Shown here one piece after another: positions 39,683 to 49,585 of a stretch of 64,000 bases of DNA. The translations under genes were made by a program, and so were the position numbers. Under the pieces are notes generated by a model, which had not been told where the DNA came from, ran no database searches, and saw nothing but the letters and a program-made list of their open reading frames with translations. Source of the DNA: Spirochaetia bacterium (lineage in GTDB: Bacteria > Spirochaetota > Spirochaetia > DSM-2461); assembly GCA_963668315.1 (NCBI GenBank), contig OY764216.1:1184001-1248000 (forward strand), given 5' to 3'. Each line of letters begins with the position of its first letter. The stretch's first letter is position 1.

Positions 39683-40663
39683 CTAGCGCTCTTCTCTGAA
39701 GTAGGCCAGGCCAAGGCTTTCGGGAGGCTGATCCTCCCGTTTTTTTCTCATGCTGGTTCCCACAAGAATTACTATGGTGACAATGTACTGCAGCATCTTA
39801 AAGAGCTCCTGGGCGCTCCGCCCGAGGCCGGGAAGATACATGTAAAGGATGGAGAGCACGCCGAAGAGAAGGGCTCCCAGAACGGCCTTGCGCGTATCCC
39901 ACAGGGCGAAGATAACGACCGCGATAGCCAGCCATCCCCTCTCTCCGAAACCGTTGTTGGTCCAGGTCCCCCCGAGGTATTCCATGACGAAGTACAGCCC
40001 GCCGAGCCCTGCAACCGCCCCGCCGATAACGGTGGCGAAGTATTTGTAGCGGGCCACATTGATACCGGCCGCGTCGGCGGTGGCCGGGTTCTCTCCCACG
40101 GCGCGGAGGTTCAGCCCCAGACGTGTCCTGTTTAGTACGAAGGACGTGGAAAAAACAAGGACAAGGGAGAGGTAGGTAAGGAAGCCGTAGGAGAAGAACA
40201 GTTCTCCCACCACGGGTATTCTGTTCAGCCCGGGAATGGACTGCTGGAAGGCGCTGGCCGTAACGGCGACGGATACCTGGCCGACGCCTCCTGCCATTTT
40301 GGAGATGGAACCGCCGAAGAAGTTTCCGAAACCGATGCCGAAGGTGGTCAGGGCCAGCCCGACGACATTCTGGTTAACCCGCAGGGTGATGGTCAGGAAA
40401 CTGAAGAGCAGGGCGGCCAGGGAGGCACAGAGTAGGGAACAGACAAGGGCGATCACAAAACCGACGAAGGGAACGGGTACGGGAACGGCGTTTTCATAGA
40501 AAAACGCTCCGATAAGTCCGGCGATGCCGCCCATGTACATGATGCCGGGAATCCCGAGATTCAGGTTCCCCGATTTCTCCGTTATGATTTCACCGTTGGC
40601 GCCCAGAAGGATGCTGATGCCCTGGGCAATGGCTTTCTGGATAAATATCAGGAACATACTCAT
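39683..40663 (-). CDS. Nucleoside ABC transporter permease (NupC-like)
   Basis: EKSGNLNLG, LRAVGENPATADAAGINV, GWLAIAVVIF. Confidence 0.88.
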   Translation of the reverse strand: MSMFLIFIQKAIAQGISILLGANGEIITEKSGNLNLGIPGIMYMGGIAGLIGAFFYENAVPVPVPFVGFVIALVCSLLCASLAALLFSFLTITLRVNQNVVGLALTTFGIGFGNFFGGSISKMAGGVGQVSVAVTASAFQQSIPGLNRIPVVGELFFSYGFLTYLSLVLVFSTSFVLNRTRLGLNLRAVGENPATADAAGINVARYKYFATVIGGAVAGLGGLYFVMEYLGGTWTNNGFGERGWLAIAVVIFALWDTRKAVLGALLFGVLSILYMYLPGLGRSAQELFKMLQYIVTIVILVGTSMRKKREDQPPESLGLAYFREER

Positions 40664-41748
40664 TTTTCTTCGTCCTCCGGTTTTCCAAGTACGACTTCAT
40701 AATTATTAAAGAATTCCGAACCTATCAGGAAGAACAGGATAATACCGGTAATGATGGCGGAAACATTGTGGTTCAGTCCGAACTGAGAGGCAATCTGGGT
40801 GGCTCCCTTCTCCATAAAGACGAGCAGGGCGGATACGGCGGCCATGGCGAAGGAGTTGAAGTGGGCCATCCAGGCCACGATGATGGCGGTAAATCCCCGT
40901 CCCCCCGCCAGGCTGGTGGAGATGGTGTGGCTGGCTCCGGAGACAATCAGGCTTCCGGCAAATCCGCAGATGGCGCCGGAAAGGGCCATGGTTCTGATAA
41001 TGACTTTCTGAACGCTGATGCCCGCATACCGGGCTGTATCGGGGCTTTCTCCGACGACGGAGAGCTCATAGCCGTGTTTCGTTCTCTTCAGATAGAGGGA
41101 GAGAATCACCGTAACGAGAATCCCCAGGATCAGGTTCAGCCCGTATTTCTGTCCGAAGACCGGGGGAAACCAGCCGGCCGAGGAGGCGGAATTGATAATT
41201 CCCACCGTGTTGGAGCCTTTGGGCTTTTCCCAGAAAACGATGCAGAAGGTGGTAAGCTGCATGGCCACATAGTTCATCATGAGGGTGAAGAGGGTTTCGT
41301 TGGTATTGTATCGGGCCTTGAAAAAAGCCGGAATCACCCCCCATACCATTCCGGCGATACAGCTGGCGATGATGATGAGGACAAGGAGAAGGGCGTTGGG
41401 AAGGGTATCGCCGATGTAGATCATGAGCGCGGCCGCCGCCAGTCCTCCCATGAGCATCTGTCCCTCCCCTCCGATATTCCAGAACTTCATTTTGAAGGCG
41501 GGAACGAGGCCCACGGTTACGACAAGAAGAACGATGATATCACGGATCGTGACCCAGACCCGCCGTGAAGTTCCCAGAGCTCCGTCGATAATTCCGGCGT
41601 AAACCTGGAGGGGATTCAGCTTCGTGATGGCCACGATGACAAATCCGCAGACCACCAGAGCGAGCACAATGGCGATAAGCCGGATGGAGAGGGCCTGTCC
41701 CCGACCGACATGGCTGCGTTTACGTATGCGTATATTACTTAATTTCAT
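40660..41748 (-). CDS. Nucleoside ABC transporter permease (NupB-like)
   Basis: WNIGGEGQ, NETLFTLMMNY, ARYAGI, GFTAIIVA. Confidence 0.88.
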   Translation of the reverse strand: MKLSNIRIRKRSHVGRGQALSIRLIAIVLALVVCGFVIVAITKLNPLQVYAGIIDGALGTSRRVWVTIRDIIVLLVVTVGLVPAFKMKFWNIGGEGQMLMGGLAAAALMIYIGDTLPNALLLVLIIIASCIAGMVWGVIPAFFKARYNTNETLFTLMMNYVAMQLTTFCIVFWEKPKGSNTVGIINSASSAGWFPPVFGQKYGLNLILGILVTVILSLYLKRTKHGYELSVVGESPDTARYAGISVQKVIIRTMALSGAICGFAGSLIVSGASHTISTSLAGGRGFTAIIVAWMAHFNSFAMAAVSALLVFMEKGATQIASQFGLNHNVSAIITGIILFFLIGSEFFNNYEVVLGKPEDEEK

Positions 41749-43295
41749 GAGTTCTTTCCTGTGCTTTCTATGGATTCTTCACCGGAGGACGTCATGAGCC
41801 TTCCCACTTCATCCTTCGTTGCCTTCCGGGCATCCAGCCTGCCGGTAATGCGGCCGTTGTTCATCACGATGATTTTGTCGCAGAGCTCCAGCAGAACATC
41901 GAGATCTTCGATGACGCAGATGACGGCCACACCCTTTTTCTTCTCCTCATTCAGAAGATTATAGATGTTGTAGGATGAGTGAATATCCAGACCCCTCACG
42001 GGATAGGCGACAAGAAGAACCTCCGGCTTGGCGGAAATCTCCCGTCCGACCAGTACTTTCTGAACGTTGCCTCCCGAGAGGTGGCGCACGGGCGTTTCTG
42101 TTCCGGGAGTGGAAATTTCCAGCAGCTCGATAAGCTCCTCGGCTCTTTTCCGGGGGGCCGTTCTTTCCACGAAGGGGGAGTTGCCGTCCTGGTAACTTCT
42201 GAGCATCACATTATCGGTCATGCCCATGGAGCCTACCAGCCCCATTCCCAGCCTGTCCTCGGGAACGAACGAGACGGCCACGCCCAGCTTGCGGATCTGC
42301 GAGGGATCCATGCCGTTGAGGAGGTACTCCTGCCCGTCCTCCCGGTAGTAGTGGACGCTGCCCGATTTAATTTCCTGTATTCCGGCGATCGCCTCGAGGA
42401 GCTCTTTCATACCGCTTCCCGAAATCCCGGCGATACCGAGCATTTCCCCGCTTCTCGCCTCGAAGGAGACATGGTCCAGCTTCTTCTGGCCGTCGATCGT
42501 CTTATAGAGCAGATCGTCGACTTTGAGCTTCAGTTCCTGGCCGACAGGTTCGTCACGCTGTATGTCCAGGCTTAGCTTCTCCCCGACCATGCTTTCGGCC
42601 AGATTCTGCACGGTACACTCCTCGGTGAGGAGGGTGCCCGCATTCTGTCCCTTCCTCAGGATGGCGACCCGGTCGGAGATAGCCAGAACTTCCTGCAGCT
42701 TATGGGTTATGATAATTATCGATTTTCCCGCCTTCTTCATATTCCGAAGCACGGTGAAGAGCTTATCCGTCTCCTGGGGAGTCAGAACCGCCGTGGGTTC
42801 ATCCAGAATAAGAACATCGGCTCCTCGATAGAGAGCCTTGACTATTTCAACGGTCTGTTTCTGTGAAACGGACATTTCGTATATTTTCTGATTCAGATCC
42901 AGTTCAAATCCATAGGAGTCTATGATTTTCCGGATATTTTCGATGATATGCGGCATATCAAGGAGACGTTTTCCCTTGAGGCCTAAAACGATGTTTTCCG
43001 CCGCGGTAAAAATATTCACCAGCGTGTAGTGCTGATGGACCATGCCGATATTCAAGGCCAGAGCGTCCTTGGGGGAACGGATATCGACAGGATTTCCCTT
43101 CACGTAGATCTCCCCTTCGTCGGGGCGGTAGATTCCGGAAAGGATATTCATGAGAGTCGTCTTCCCGCTTCCGTTTTCACCGAGAATCGACAGTATCTGG
43201 TGCTTTTTTACAGTCAGATCGACATTTTCGTTAGCAGTAACAGCTCCAAAGCGTTTGGTGATACCGCGTAACTCTATAACATTATCATTATCCAA
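41745..43295 (-). CDS. Nucleoside ABC transporter ATP-binding protein (NupA-like)
   Basis: GENGSGKTT, DEPTAVLTPQE, LSGGNVQK. Confidence 0.92.
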   Translation of the reverse strand: MDNDNVIELRGITKRFGAVTANENVDLTVKKHQILSILGENGSGKTTLMNILSGIYRPDEGEIYVKGNPVDIRSPKDALALNIGMVHQHYTLVNIFTAAENIVLGLKGKRLLDMPHIIENIRKIIDSYGFELDLNQKIYEMSVSQKQTVEIVKALYRGADVLILDEPTAVLTPQETDKLFTVLRNMKKAGKSIIIITHKLQEVLAISDRVAILRKGQNAGTLLTEECTVQNLAESMVGEKLSLDIQRDEPVGQELKLKVDDLLYKTIDGQKKLDHVSFEARSGEMLGIAGISGSGMKELLEAIAGIQEIKSGSVHYYREDGQEYLLNGMDPSQIRKLGVAVSFVPEDRLGMGLVGSMGMTDNVMLRSYQDGNSPFVERTAPRKRAEELIELLEISTPGTETPVRHLSGGNVQKVLVGREISAKPEVLLVAYPVRGLDIHSSYNIYNLLNEEKKKGVAVICVIEDLDVLLELCDKIIVMNNGRITGRLDARKATKDEVGRLMTSSGEESIESTGKNS

Positions 43296-43339
43296 GAGAC
43301 TGCTCCGTTCTTCATATTTTTCTTTATTTTAAATGGGAA

Positions 43340-43371
43340 CACCCCGGGCCGTCCAGAGACGGTCCGGGGTG
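43340..43371. terminator. Strong intercistronic hairpin after the BMP gene (mRNA stabiliser/attenuator)
   Basis: CACCCCGGGCCGTC-CAGA-GACGGTCCGGGGTG. Confidence 0.65.
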
Positions 43372-43402
43372 AAGAATCATTAATATTTCTGTTTAATGAT
43401 TA

Positions 43403-44596
43403 TTAGTTCGTCAGCTCTTTAATACCGTCGATTCTCAGATCGAAGGCGGGAGCGGAAGCCAGTTCCTGCTCATGGAAATAGCCGTCGGAAACATAGTCGG
43501 CGTATTTGGCGAAATCTCCGCCGGCCGCAATCAGATCTTCCAGGGACTTTCCGCCTACGGTGAAGGAGGAGGTGGCGAATACATGAACATCACCGGACTT
43601 GATGCCGGCGATGACGGCATCAACCTTTTCCTGGGTTCCGGCAGCGGCTACATTGGCGTTGATGGGAGTGATAAAAACGGCGTCCTCTGCATATCCTCTG
43701 GACCACTCGACGGGGATCGTATCGCCGTTTTTCACAGCGGTGGCAGCCATGGTGTAGTAGGGACCGTAGTTGAGGGCCGCGGAAGTGATGGCGGCATTGG
43801 GAGCTACGGCGGTCATGTCGACATTGTAGCCGACAATGGGAATGTCGTTCGCTTCACAGGCCGTGGGAGCACCGGTGGTATCGGCGTGCTGGCTGATCAG
43901 TACGCAGCCTTCGGCGATGAGTGCGTCGGCGGTCTCTTTCTCGAGGGTCATGTCGGCCCAGCTGTTGGTGTAGCGGACAACCATGGTGGCGCTGGGGCAT
44001 ACGCTCCTTACGCCGAGGAAGAAGGACGTGTAACCGCTGACAACCTCTGCATAGGGATAGGCGCCTACGTAACCGAGTTTAACGGCGTCGGCGGAAAATT
44101 TGCCTTCGGCGATCAGCTCGTTCAGCTTCAGACCGGCGGCAACACCGGAGACGAATCTGGACTGGTATACGGAGGGCATGAAGTTATGCATGTTGGCAAG
44201 TCCGCTCATGGCAGCCTGATAGCCGGTGGCATGGCAGAACTGTACTTCGGGGAACTCTTTGGCTGCCTGGATCATGTAGTCCTCGTGGCCGAAGCTGTTG
44301 GCAATGATCAGGGTACAACCCTGGGAAGCGAGATCCACAGCGGCATCGTAACAGGTCTCATCTTCGGGAATATTGGTTTTCTCGATAACCTGAGAATCGG
44401 AGAGGCCCAGAGCTGCTTTCATCTCTGCGATGCCCTTCATGTGGGCTTCGGTATAGCCTTCGTTTTCATCGCCGACATAAATAGCGCCTACCTTCAGGCC
44501 GCCTTTTTTGTCCGAATCGCTTGATCCGTTGGCAAAAATCATGCCCATTGCGAAAAATGTTGCCACAGCAACGACAAGAAGTTTTTTTCGACTCAT
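43403..44596 (-). CDS. BMP-family ABC substrate-binding protein (purine nucleoside type)
   Basis: GYTEAH, NSFGH, FCHATG, GYVGAYPYAEV, SQHAD, GYN. Confidence 0.9.
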   Translation of the reverse strand: MSRKKLLVVAVATFFAMGMIFANGSSDSDKKGGLKVGAIYVGDENEGYTEAHMKGIAEMKAALGLSDSQVIEKTNIPEDETCYDAAVDLASQGCTLIIANSFGHEDYMIQAAKEFPEVQFCHATGYQAAMSGLANMHNFMPSVYQSRFVSGVAAGLKLNELIAEGKFSADAVKLGYVGAYPYAEVVSGYTSFFLGVRSVCPSATMVVRYTNSWADMTLEKETADALIAEGCVLISQHADTTGAPTACEANDIPIVGYNVDMTAVAPNAAITSAALNYGPYYTMAATAVKNGDTIPVEWSRGYAEDAVFITPINANVAAAGTQEKVDAVIAGIKSGDVHVFATSSFTVGGKSLEDLIAAGGDFAKYADYVSDGYFHEQELASAPAFDLRIDGIKELTN

Positions 44597-44798
44597 AATC
44601 TTTCCATCCTTTCTTCAATAAATAGTGAATATTTATACAGAGTATCTCTCTCCCTGTAAAAAATAACAAGAGGATTATGCCATAATCTCACGCATTATAT
44701 AAGTGTGACATTCAATTTTTTTTGAGAAAAACACCCTGTCATCAATAAATATTCACTTTCGGAAGTGACGGACGCGGTATAGGGACGCCCCCCGGCCG

Positions 44799-45485
44799 CT
44801 AGTCGTTCTTTTTCTTCTCCACCCTCCGGAAGGCATCGGCCCATGTCACGAAAGCCGGGGCGAGCCGGGTCTGAATCCAGATTTTTCCTTCGCCGGAGAA
44901 GCGGCAGACCAGTCCCTCCTTGGAAAAGAAGAGGCTTTTCAGGCCTCCCACGGGGCGGACATCGTAGCTCAGGCCTCCGGTGAATCCGACGATGTAGCCC
45001 GTATCCACCACATAATTGTTTTTCACGTCGATTTCTATGATTCCCCCGAAGGAGTTGAACCAGAGGTCTCCCGTGCCGGAGCACTTGACCATAAAGAGCT
45101 TCTCCCCGGAGAAAAAGCCCTTGAACCCCTGGAAATCTATGGACACGTCAAGCTCCGGGGAGGAGGCCAGGTAGGCGGAGTTCTGGACGCAGACGGTTTC
45201 GTTCTCCAGATAGACGTGCTGAATGTCTCCCGGCGTTCCCGGAGCTATTCCTATGTCGGCGGGCGTATCGGCTGCGGTGAATTCGTTGACGAAAAGATTC
45301 TCCCCGGAGAGCATTCTCTTGAATCCCCCGCCCATTCTGGTTTTCATCTTGAGGGAGGAGTCCATATAAGCCATGGAGGAGGCTTCGGCCTTGAGGGTTT
45401 TGCCCGGGGGAATGGTCACATTGACCATGGCGTAATCGGGCGCACCCGCCACGGTAAAGGTATAATCGCTTTTATCGTTTGTCAT
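44799..45485 (-). CDS. AIM24/TIGR00266 family protein
   Basis: AEASSM, SGENLFVNEF, FFSGE, VDTGYIV, GEGKIWIQTR. Confidence 0.9.
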   Translation of the reverse strand: MTNDKSDYTFTVAGAPDYAMVNVTIPPGKTLKAEASSMAYMDSSLKMKTRMGGGFKRMLSGENLFVNEFTAADTPADIGIAPGTPGDIQHVYLENETVCVQNSAYLASSPELDVSIDFQGFKGFFSGEKLFMVKCSGTGDLWFNSFGGIIEIDVKNNYVVDTGYIVGFTGGLSYDVRPVGGLKSLFFSKEGLVCRFSGEGKIWIQTRLAPAFVTWADAFRRVEKKKND

Positions 45486-45495
45486 GTGGGACTCC

Positions 45496-46194
45496 TTACT
45501 GTTTTTTGGGGGTCAGGTGGGGGGTGAGAAGGGTTCCGAAAGAACGGTCCGCATGGGTCTGGCACCAGACGGTTCCCTTTCCTTTAAAACGGCAGACGAG
45601 GCCTTCCCCTCCCAGAAAGGAGGAGAACCAGCTTTTTCCCGCCTTGCCGATGGAGAAGTCCAGGGTCTCTTCGAAGGCGGCGATATTGCCGGTATCCACG
45701 ATATACTCCCCGTCCACTTCCACGGGGTAGATCATCCCGAAGGCGTTGATTACCACCTGCCCTGTACCGGACATGGCCAGCCAGATCATGTTTTCCCCGG
45801 AGAAGGCGTTCTTGAAGCCTTCCCAGGAGATATTCATATCGATGCCGGCGCTGTGGGCGACAAAGGAGCCGTTCTGCACTTTGATCCGACGGGAGCCGTC
45901 CAGGGCTATCACTTCCATGTCTCCGGGAAGAGGAGGGGCGAGGAACACGTCTCCTCCGTTCGGTCCGGCGGTAAAATGGTTCATGAAGAGCCCCTCTCCG
46001 GCCAGTTTCCGGGCGAGACCCTTCAGCATCTTGCCGAAACCGCCGCCCCCGTCTTTCTTGCTTACCGAAGTTTCCACGTTCACGTCGCCGGACATGGCGA
46101 TCATGGCGCCCCCTTCGGCTGTGAAATGCTCGCCCCCTTCCAGGGAGACTTTGGCCGCCGTGTTGGAGGGCCGTTCCATTATTTCTACTTTCAT
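45496..46194 (-). CDS. AIM24/TIGR00266 family protein
   Basis: AEGGAMIAM, GEGLFMNHF, VDTGNIAAF, GEGLVCRFKGKGTVWCQT. Confidence 0.9.
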   Translation of the reverse strand: MKVEIMERPSNTAAKVSLEGGEHFTAEGGAMIAMSGDVNVETSVSKKDGGGGFGKMLKGLARKLAGEGLFMNHFTAGPNGGDVFLAPPLPGDMEVIALDGSRRIKVQNGSFVAHSAGIDMNISWEGFKNAFSGENMIWLAMSGTGQVVINAFGMIYPVEVDGEYIVDTGNIAAFEETLDFSIGKAGKSWFSSFLGGEGLVCRFKGKGTVWCQTHADRSFGTLLTPHLTPKKQ

Positions 46195-46207
46195 CGAATC
46201 GCTCCTT

Positions 46208-46879
46208 TTAACGGAATTTGGGATTAAGCCAGGAGGCCAGGCCCTTGATGCTGCGGGTCTGTATATAGACTTTTCCTGTTCCGACGACCCTCGTGACGAA
46301 ACCTTCCCCTCCGAAGAGGCTGGAGAAGAGCCCGCCCGCCAGGGCCACTTTGAGTTTAAGCGCCGGATCGAAGGCCACCAGGTGACCGTCGTCCACTTTC
46401 AATTCACCCGTGATCTGCCTCTCTATGATGGCTCCGTAGGCGCCGAAGAAGAGGGAGCCCGGGCCGTGGGCCGCGACTTTGAGCTTGATTAATCCCTCGC
46501 CGGAGAACCAGGAGACGAATCCGGCCCATACCGTGTTGAGCTTCAGGTCTCCCGTGTGGGCCAGATAGGCCCCTTTCTGCAGGCTGAGAATATCGCCTTC
46601 CGCCATCACGTGCTCCCGTATCTCGCCGGGGACGTCCTGGGAAAGGGTGACTCTCATGGTGCCGCTTCCGTTGTTGGTAAAGCGGTTGACGATGAACGAT
46701 TCCCCTCCGAACCATTTCTTTCCCAGGCCGGAGAAAAAACCGCCGTTGGTGACGGCTTTCATGTCCATTTCGGCGGACATGGACTGCATGGCTCCGCTTT
46801 CTGCGGTAACCGTTTCCCCCGGTTCGAGGTCCACATGGACGTGGCTGAATGAGGGACTGCCGTTGATTTGAGCTTTCAT
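46208..46879 (-). CDS. AIM24/TIGR00266 family protein
   Basis: AESGAM, GGESFIVNRF, VDDGHLVAF, GEGFVTRVVGTGKVYIQTR. Confidence 0.9.
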   Translation of the reverse strand: MKAQINGSPSFSHVHVDLEPGETVTAESGAMQSMSAEMDMKAVTNGGFFSGLGKKWFGGESFIVNRFTNNGSGTMRVTLSQDVPGEIREHVMAEGDILSLQKGAYLAHTGDLKLNTVWAGFVSWFSGEGLIKLKVAAHGPGSLFFGAYGAIIERQITGELKVDDGHLVAFDPALKLKVALAGGLFSSLFGGEGFVTRVVGTGKVYIQTRSIKGLASWLNPKFR

Positions 46880-47120
46880 TCTTTGACTCCTGAATGGGGT
46901 TCCCGTTCCGAAGGACGGAGCGTTCCCCTTGGATAAATTGGTATATCTCCTTTTACTATTGTTATACAGCGGGGAGAATAATGCAAATTAAAAGCCTATG
47001 AGCCAGGGATTGTACCGGAAATGAGCCCGGACTTCCCGGCGGGAGCCGGAAAGGAAGGCCGGATCGGCGAATTGGAGGGGAAAGCCCGCCCCGCTCAGGC
47101 GGGGGGCTCCCCTGTGAAAA

Positions 47121-48146
47121 TTATCGGCGGGCGGTTCGGGCGAGTCTCTCTTTGAGGACCCACGCGAGGAAGGCGGTGTGGATTTCCCAGGAGGTTCGTC
47201 CGTAGCCGCCGGCGGCCACCCAGGCGGAGGGGAGGGAGCGGTCCTGAACGAAGCGGTAGAGGGCCTGGTCCCGTTCGAGCATCTGGGCGCGGGTCAGGTT
47301 GATGGGGTCGGAAGAGGCCAGTTCGTCCCCTTCGAAGGGATCCACGCCGGCCACGACGAATACCAGGTCGGGGAGGCCCTTTTCCTTTTCCAGCTGTTCC
47401 ATGGCCGCTATGAGGCGGGGGGTGTACTCGGCCTCTTCTCCCGATTCGATGGGAATGTCGATATCGCCGGGGAACCAGCCGGGGTTTCTGCTGCCGTCGG
47501 CGCTGAATTCGGGGACGTCCAGGGGCCAGCCGGAGGCCATGTGGATGCTCAGGGCTGTTATGTTCTCATTCTTTGACATGATTTCGGCGGTGCCGTCTCC
47601 CCGGTGGGCGTCCACGTCTATGATCCAGGCGGTTCGGATGAGGCCTTCGGCCTGCGCCTTGAGAAGGGCGACCGAGACGTCGTTCAGCACGCAGAACCCG
47701 TGGCCGAAGCCGGGATGGGCGTGGTGCATGCCGCCGCTCATGGCATAGCAGAAGTTCCCGGCAAGGGCCGTTTCTATGCAGCGGTAGGTGCCGCTTATCA
47801 CATGGAGCACATCGTCAAGCAGATCGGTGAGGGGAGCCTTGGCGTTGGCGGGATTGTAGCGGTGGTAGCTGCCGTCCTCGCCGATCAGTTCATAGGCGGC
47901 CATGAGCAGCTCTTCCAGGCGGCCGCTGTAGAGGCCGTTCACGTACTCTTCGGTGTGCGCCCGGAGAAGGTCGGAGCGGTCTATGACTTGGGGAATCTCC
48001 TCCAGAAGCCATTCGGAGGCGCGGGGCCCCAGTTCCGGATCGTTCTTCAGAGCGTTGAGCGTATTGATGCCCCGGGTCGGCAGGGAGGGAATCTCTATGC
48101 CGTAATGGGGAAAGTCTACGTGGACATTTTCGTTAAAGAGTACCAT
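47121..48146 (-). CDS. Histone deacetylase-family (Zn-dependent amidohydrolase) protein
   Basis: GGMHHA, GFC, DVDAHRGDGT, GVDP, GGY. Confidence 0.9.
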   Translation of the reverse strand: MVLFNENVHVDFPHYGIEIPSLPTRGINTLNALKNDPELGPRASEWLLEEIPQVIDRSDLLRAHTEEYVNGLYSGRLEELLMAAYELIGEDGSYHRYNPANAKAPLTDLLDDVLHVISGTYRCIETALAGNFCYAMSGGMHHAHPGFGHGFCVLNDVSVALLKAQAEGLIRTAWIIDVDAHRGDGTAEIMSKNENITALSIHMASGWPLDVPEFSADGSRNPGWFPGDIDIPIESGEEAEYTPRLIAAMEQLEKEKGLPDLVFVVAGVDPFEGDELASSDPINLTRAQMLERDQALYRFVQDRSLPSAWVAAGGYGRTSWEIHTAFLAWVLKERLARTARR

Positions 48147-49011
48147 AGGGGTGTTCCTCCTGCCTTTTTGCCCACTGGGCGGGATCGGCTGTGTAGGCGT
48201 TGAATTTTTCGATCAGGGCGAATGTCTGTTCTCCGGGAATGCCTCTCCCGACAGGCGTATCGTCAATTTTTATAATGGGAATGATCTCCTTGGTGGAGGA
48301 TGTCATGAAGGCCTCCTCCGTCTGCGGCAGATCGCTCAGGTTCAGAGGGCCTTCGGCCAGCTCCGCTTCGGGGATGAGGCCCATGATAACCGAGCGGGTG
48401 ATGCCCACCAGGATATTGTCCTTGGGGGTGATCCATTTGCCTCCGATTCTAAAGAATACATTGGCCCGGGTCGTTTCGTATATCTCGCCGTTGGAGCCGG
48501 TGTAGAGCGCGTCGAAGGCGTCCCGTGATTCGGCTTCGCGCAGGGCGTCCATGGCGGGGATGTAGTTGTTTGTCTTGACTTCGGCCCGGTAGCGCAGATG
48601 GGGAAAGGTGATGAGGGAGATGCCCTCGCACTGTTTCTTCTCCAGATCCTTTCGGTCCCCTTTGTAGGGTTCCACCAGAAGGTAGAGGGTGTTCTTGTCG
48701 GTGGGCATCATGGAGGAGGGGCTTTCCCCGCCCAGGCAGACCATACGGATGGAGGACTCTTCGTATCCGTTGCGTTTTACCAGCTCGCGGATAATGCTTT
48801 CCACCTCTTCCAGGGGATAGGCTATGTTCAGATGCATCTTCCCGGCGGATATGTAAAAACGGCGCAGATGGTCTTTCAGATGGAACGGTTTGTTCCCGTA
48901 GGTCCGTAAAAAGTCGAAGACGCCGTATCCCCGTAAAATGCCCACATCCCGGGCGGAAATATTCAATTCTTTCTCGTCGCAGAATCTTCCGTTAATCCAA
49001 GCTTCAGCCAT
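48133..49011 (-). CDS. Class IV PLP aminotransferase (D-amino acid/branched-chain type)
   Basis: GYGVFDFLR, HLRR, KTNNY, ETTRANVF, LVGITR, EAFMTSS. Confidence 0.9.
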   Translation of the reverse strand: MAEAWINGRFCDEKELNISARDVGILRGYGVFDFLRTYGNKPFHLKDHLRRFYISAGKMHLNIAYPLEEVESIIRELVKRNGYEESSIRMVCLGGESPSSMMPTDKNTLYLLVEPYKGDRKDLEKKQCEGISLITFPHLRYRAEVKTNNYIPAMDALREAESRDAFDALYTGSNGEIYETTRANVFFRIGGKWITPKDNILVGITRSVIMGLIPEAELAEGPLNLSDLPQTEEAFMTSSTKEIIPIIKIDDTPVGRGIPGEQTFALIEKFNAYTADPAQWAKRQEEHPYGTL

Positions 49012-49075
49012 GATGGGATCCTCCTTTTCTCATTGTAATCCCAAAGGCTGGGGAGGGACAAGTTGGGGCGGCTTT

Positions 49076-49585
49076 CTAAGGGGCTCTCCTGATCTTTTTT
49101 TCATAACAGTAGTAATCCTGGCTGGTGCCGGTCAGTCTCATTATCCCCGACTTAATGTAACCGCTTCTTGTAAAGAGAGTATTCATGGCGACGTTACGGC
49201 TGCACGTATCGGATCTGATATAATTAAGATTCAACCCGGCGGCCCTTTCTTCGGCGAATTGAAAGAGTTCCTTCGCCAGACCCCTGCCATGAAAGAGAGG
49301 ATTCACCGCCATTCTATGGATAACGAGAGCCGGCTCATCCCCACTCCATTGAATCTCGGCGTACTCATCCGGCTCATGCTGATTGAGACAGACTACGGAT
49401 TTTATGATTCCGCCGCTCTGCGAATCGACAAACAAATTCTCCGCAAGAATATCATCGTAAAAATCTTTATGGACCGGATAACTGCTGTTCCATTGTTCAT
49501 TTCCGTCGTTCTGCATAAGCACTATCGCTTCACTTACGATACCGAGGATCGCTTCCATATCTTCCATTTTCGCATGGCGAATCAT
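49076..49585 (-). CDS. GNAT N-acetyltransferase
   Basis: QWNSSYP, IHRMAVNPLFHGRGLA, IRSDT. ATG overlaps the MarR stop. Confidence 0.9.
   Translation of the reverse strand: MIRHAKMEDMEAILGIVSEAIVLMQNDGNEQWNSSYPVHKDFYDDILAENLFVDSQSGGIIKSVVCLNQHEPDEYAEIQWSGDEPALVIHRMAVNPLFHGRGLAKELFQFAEERAAGLNLNYIRSDTCSRNVAMNTLFTRSGYIKSGIMRLTGTSQDYYCYEKKIRRAP

Noticed and set aside
44597..44798. Purine riboswitch upstream of the BMP/nucleoside ABC operon
   Set aside because: The conserved core (e.g. GTTTCTAC...CCGTAAA) was not found.
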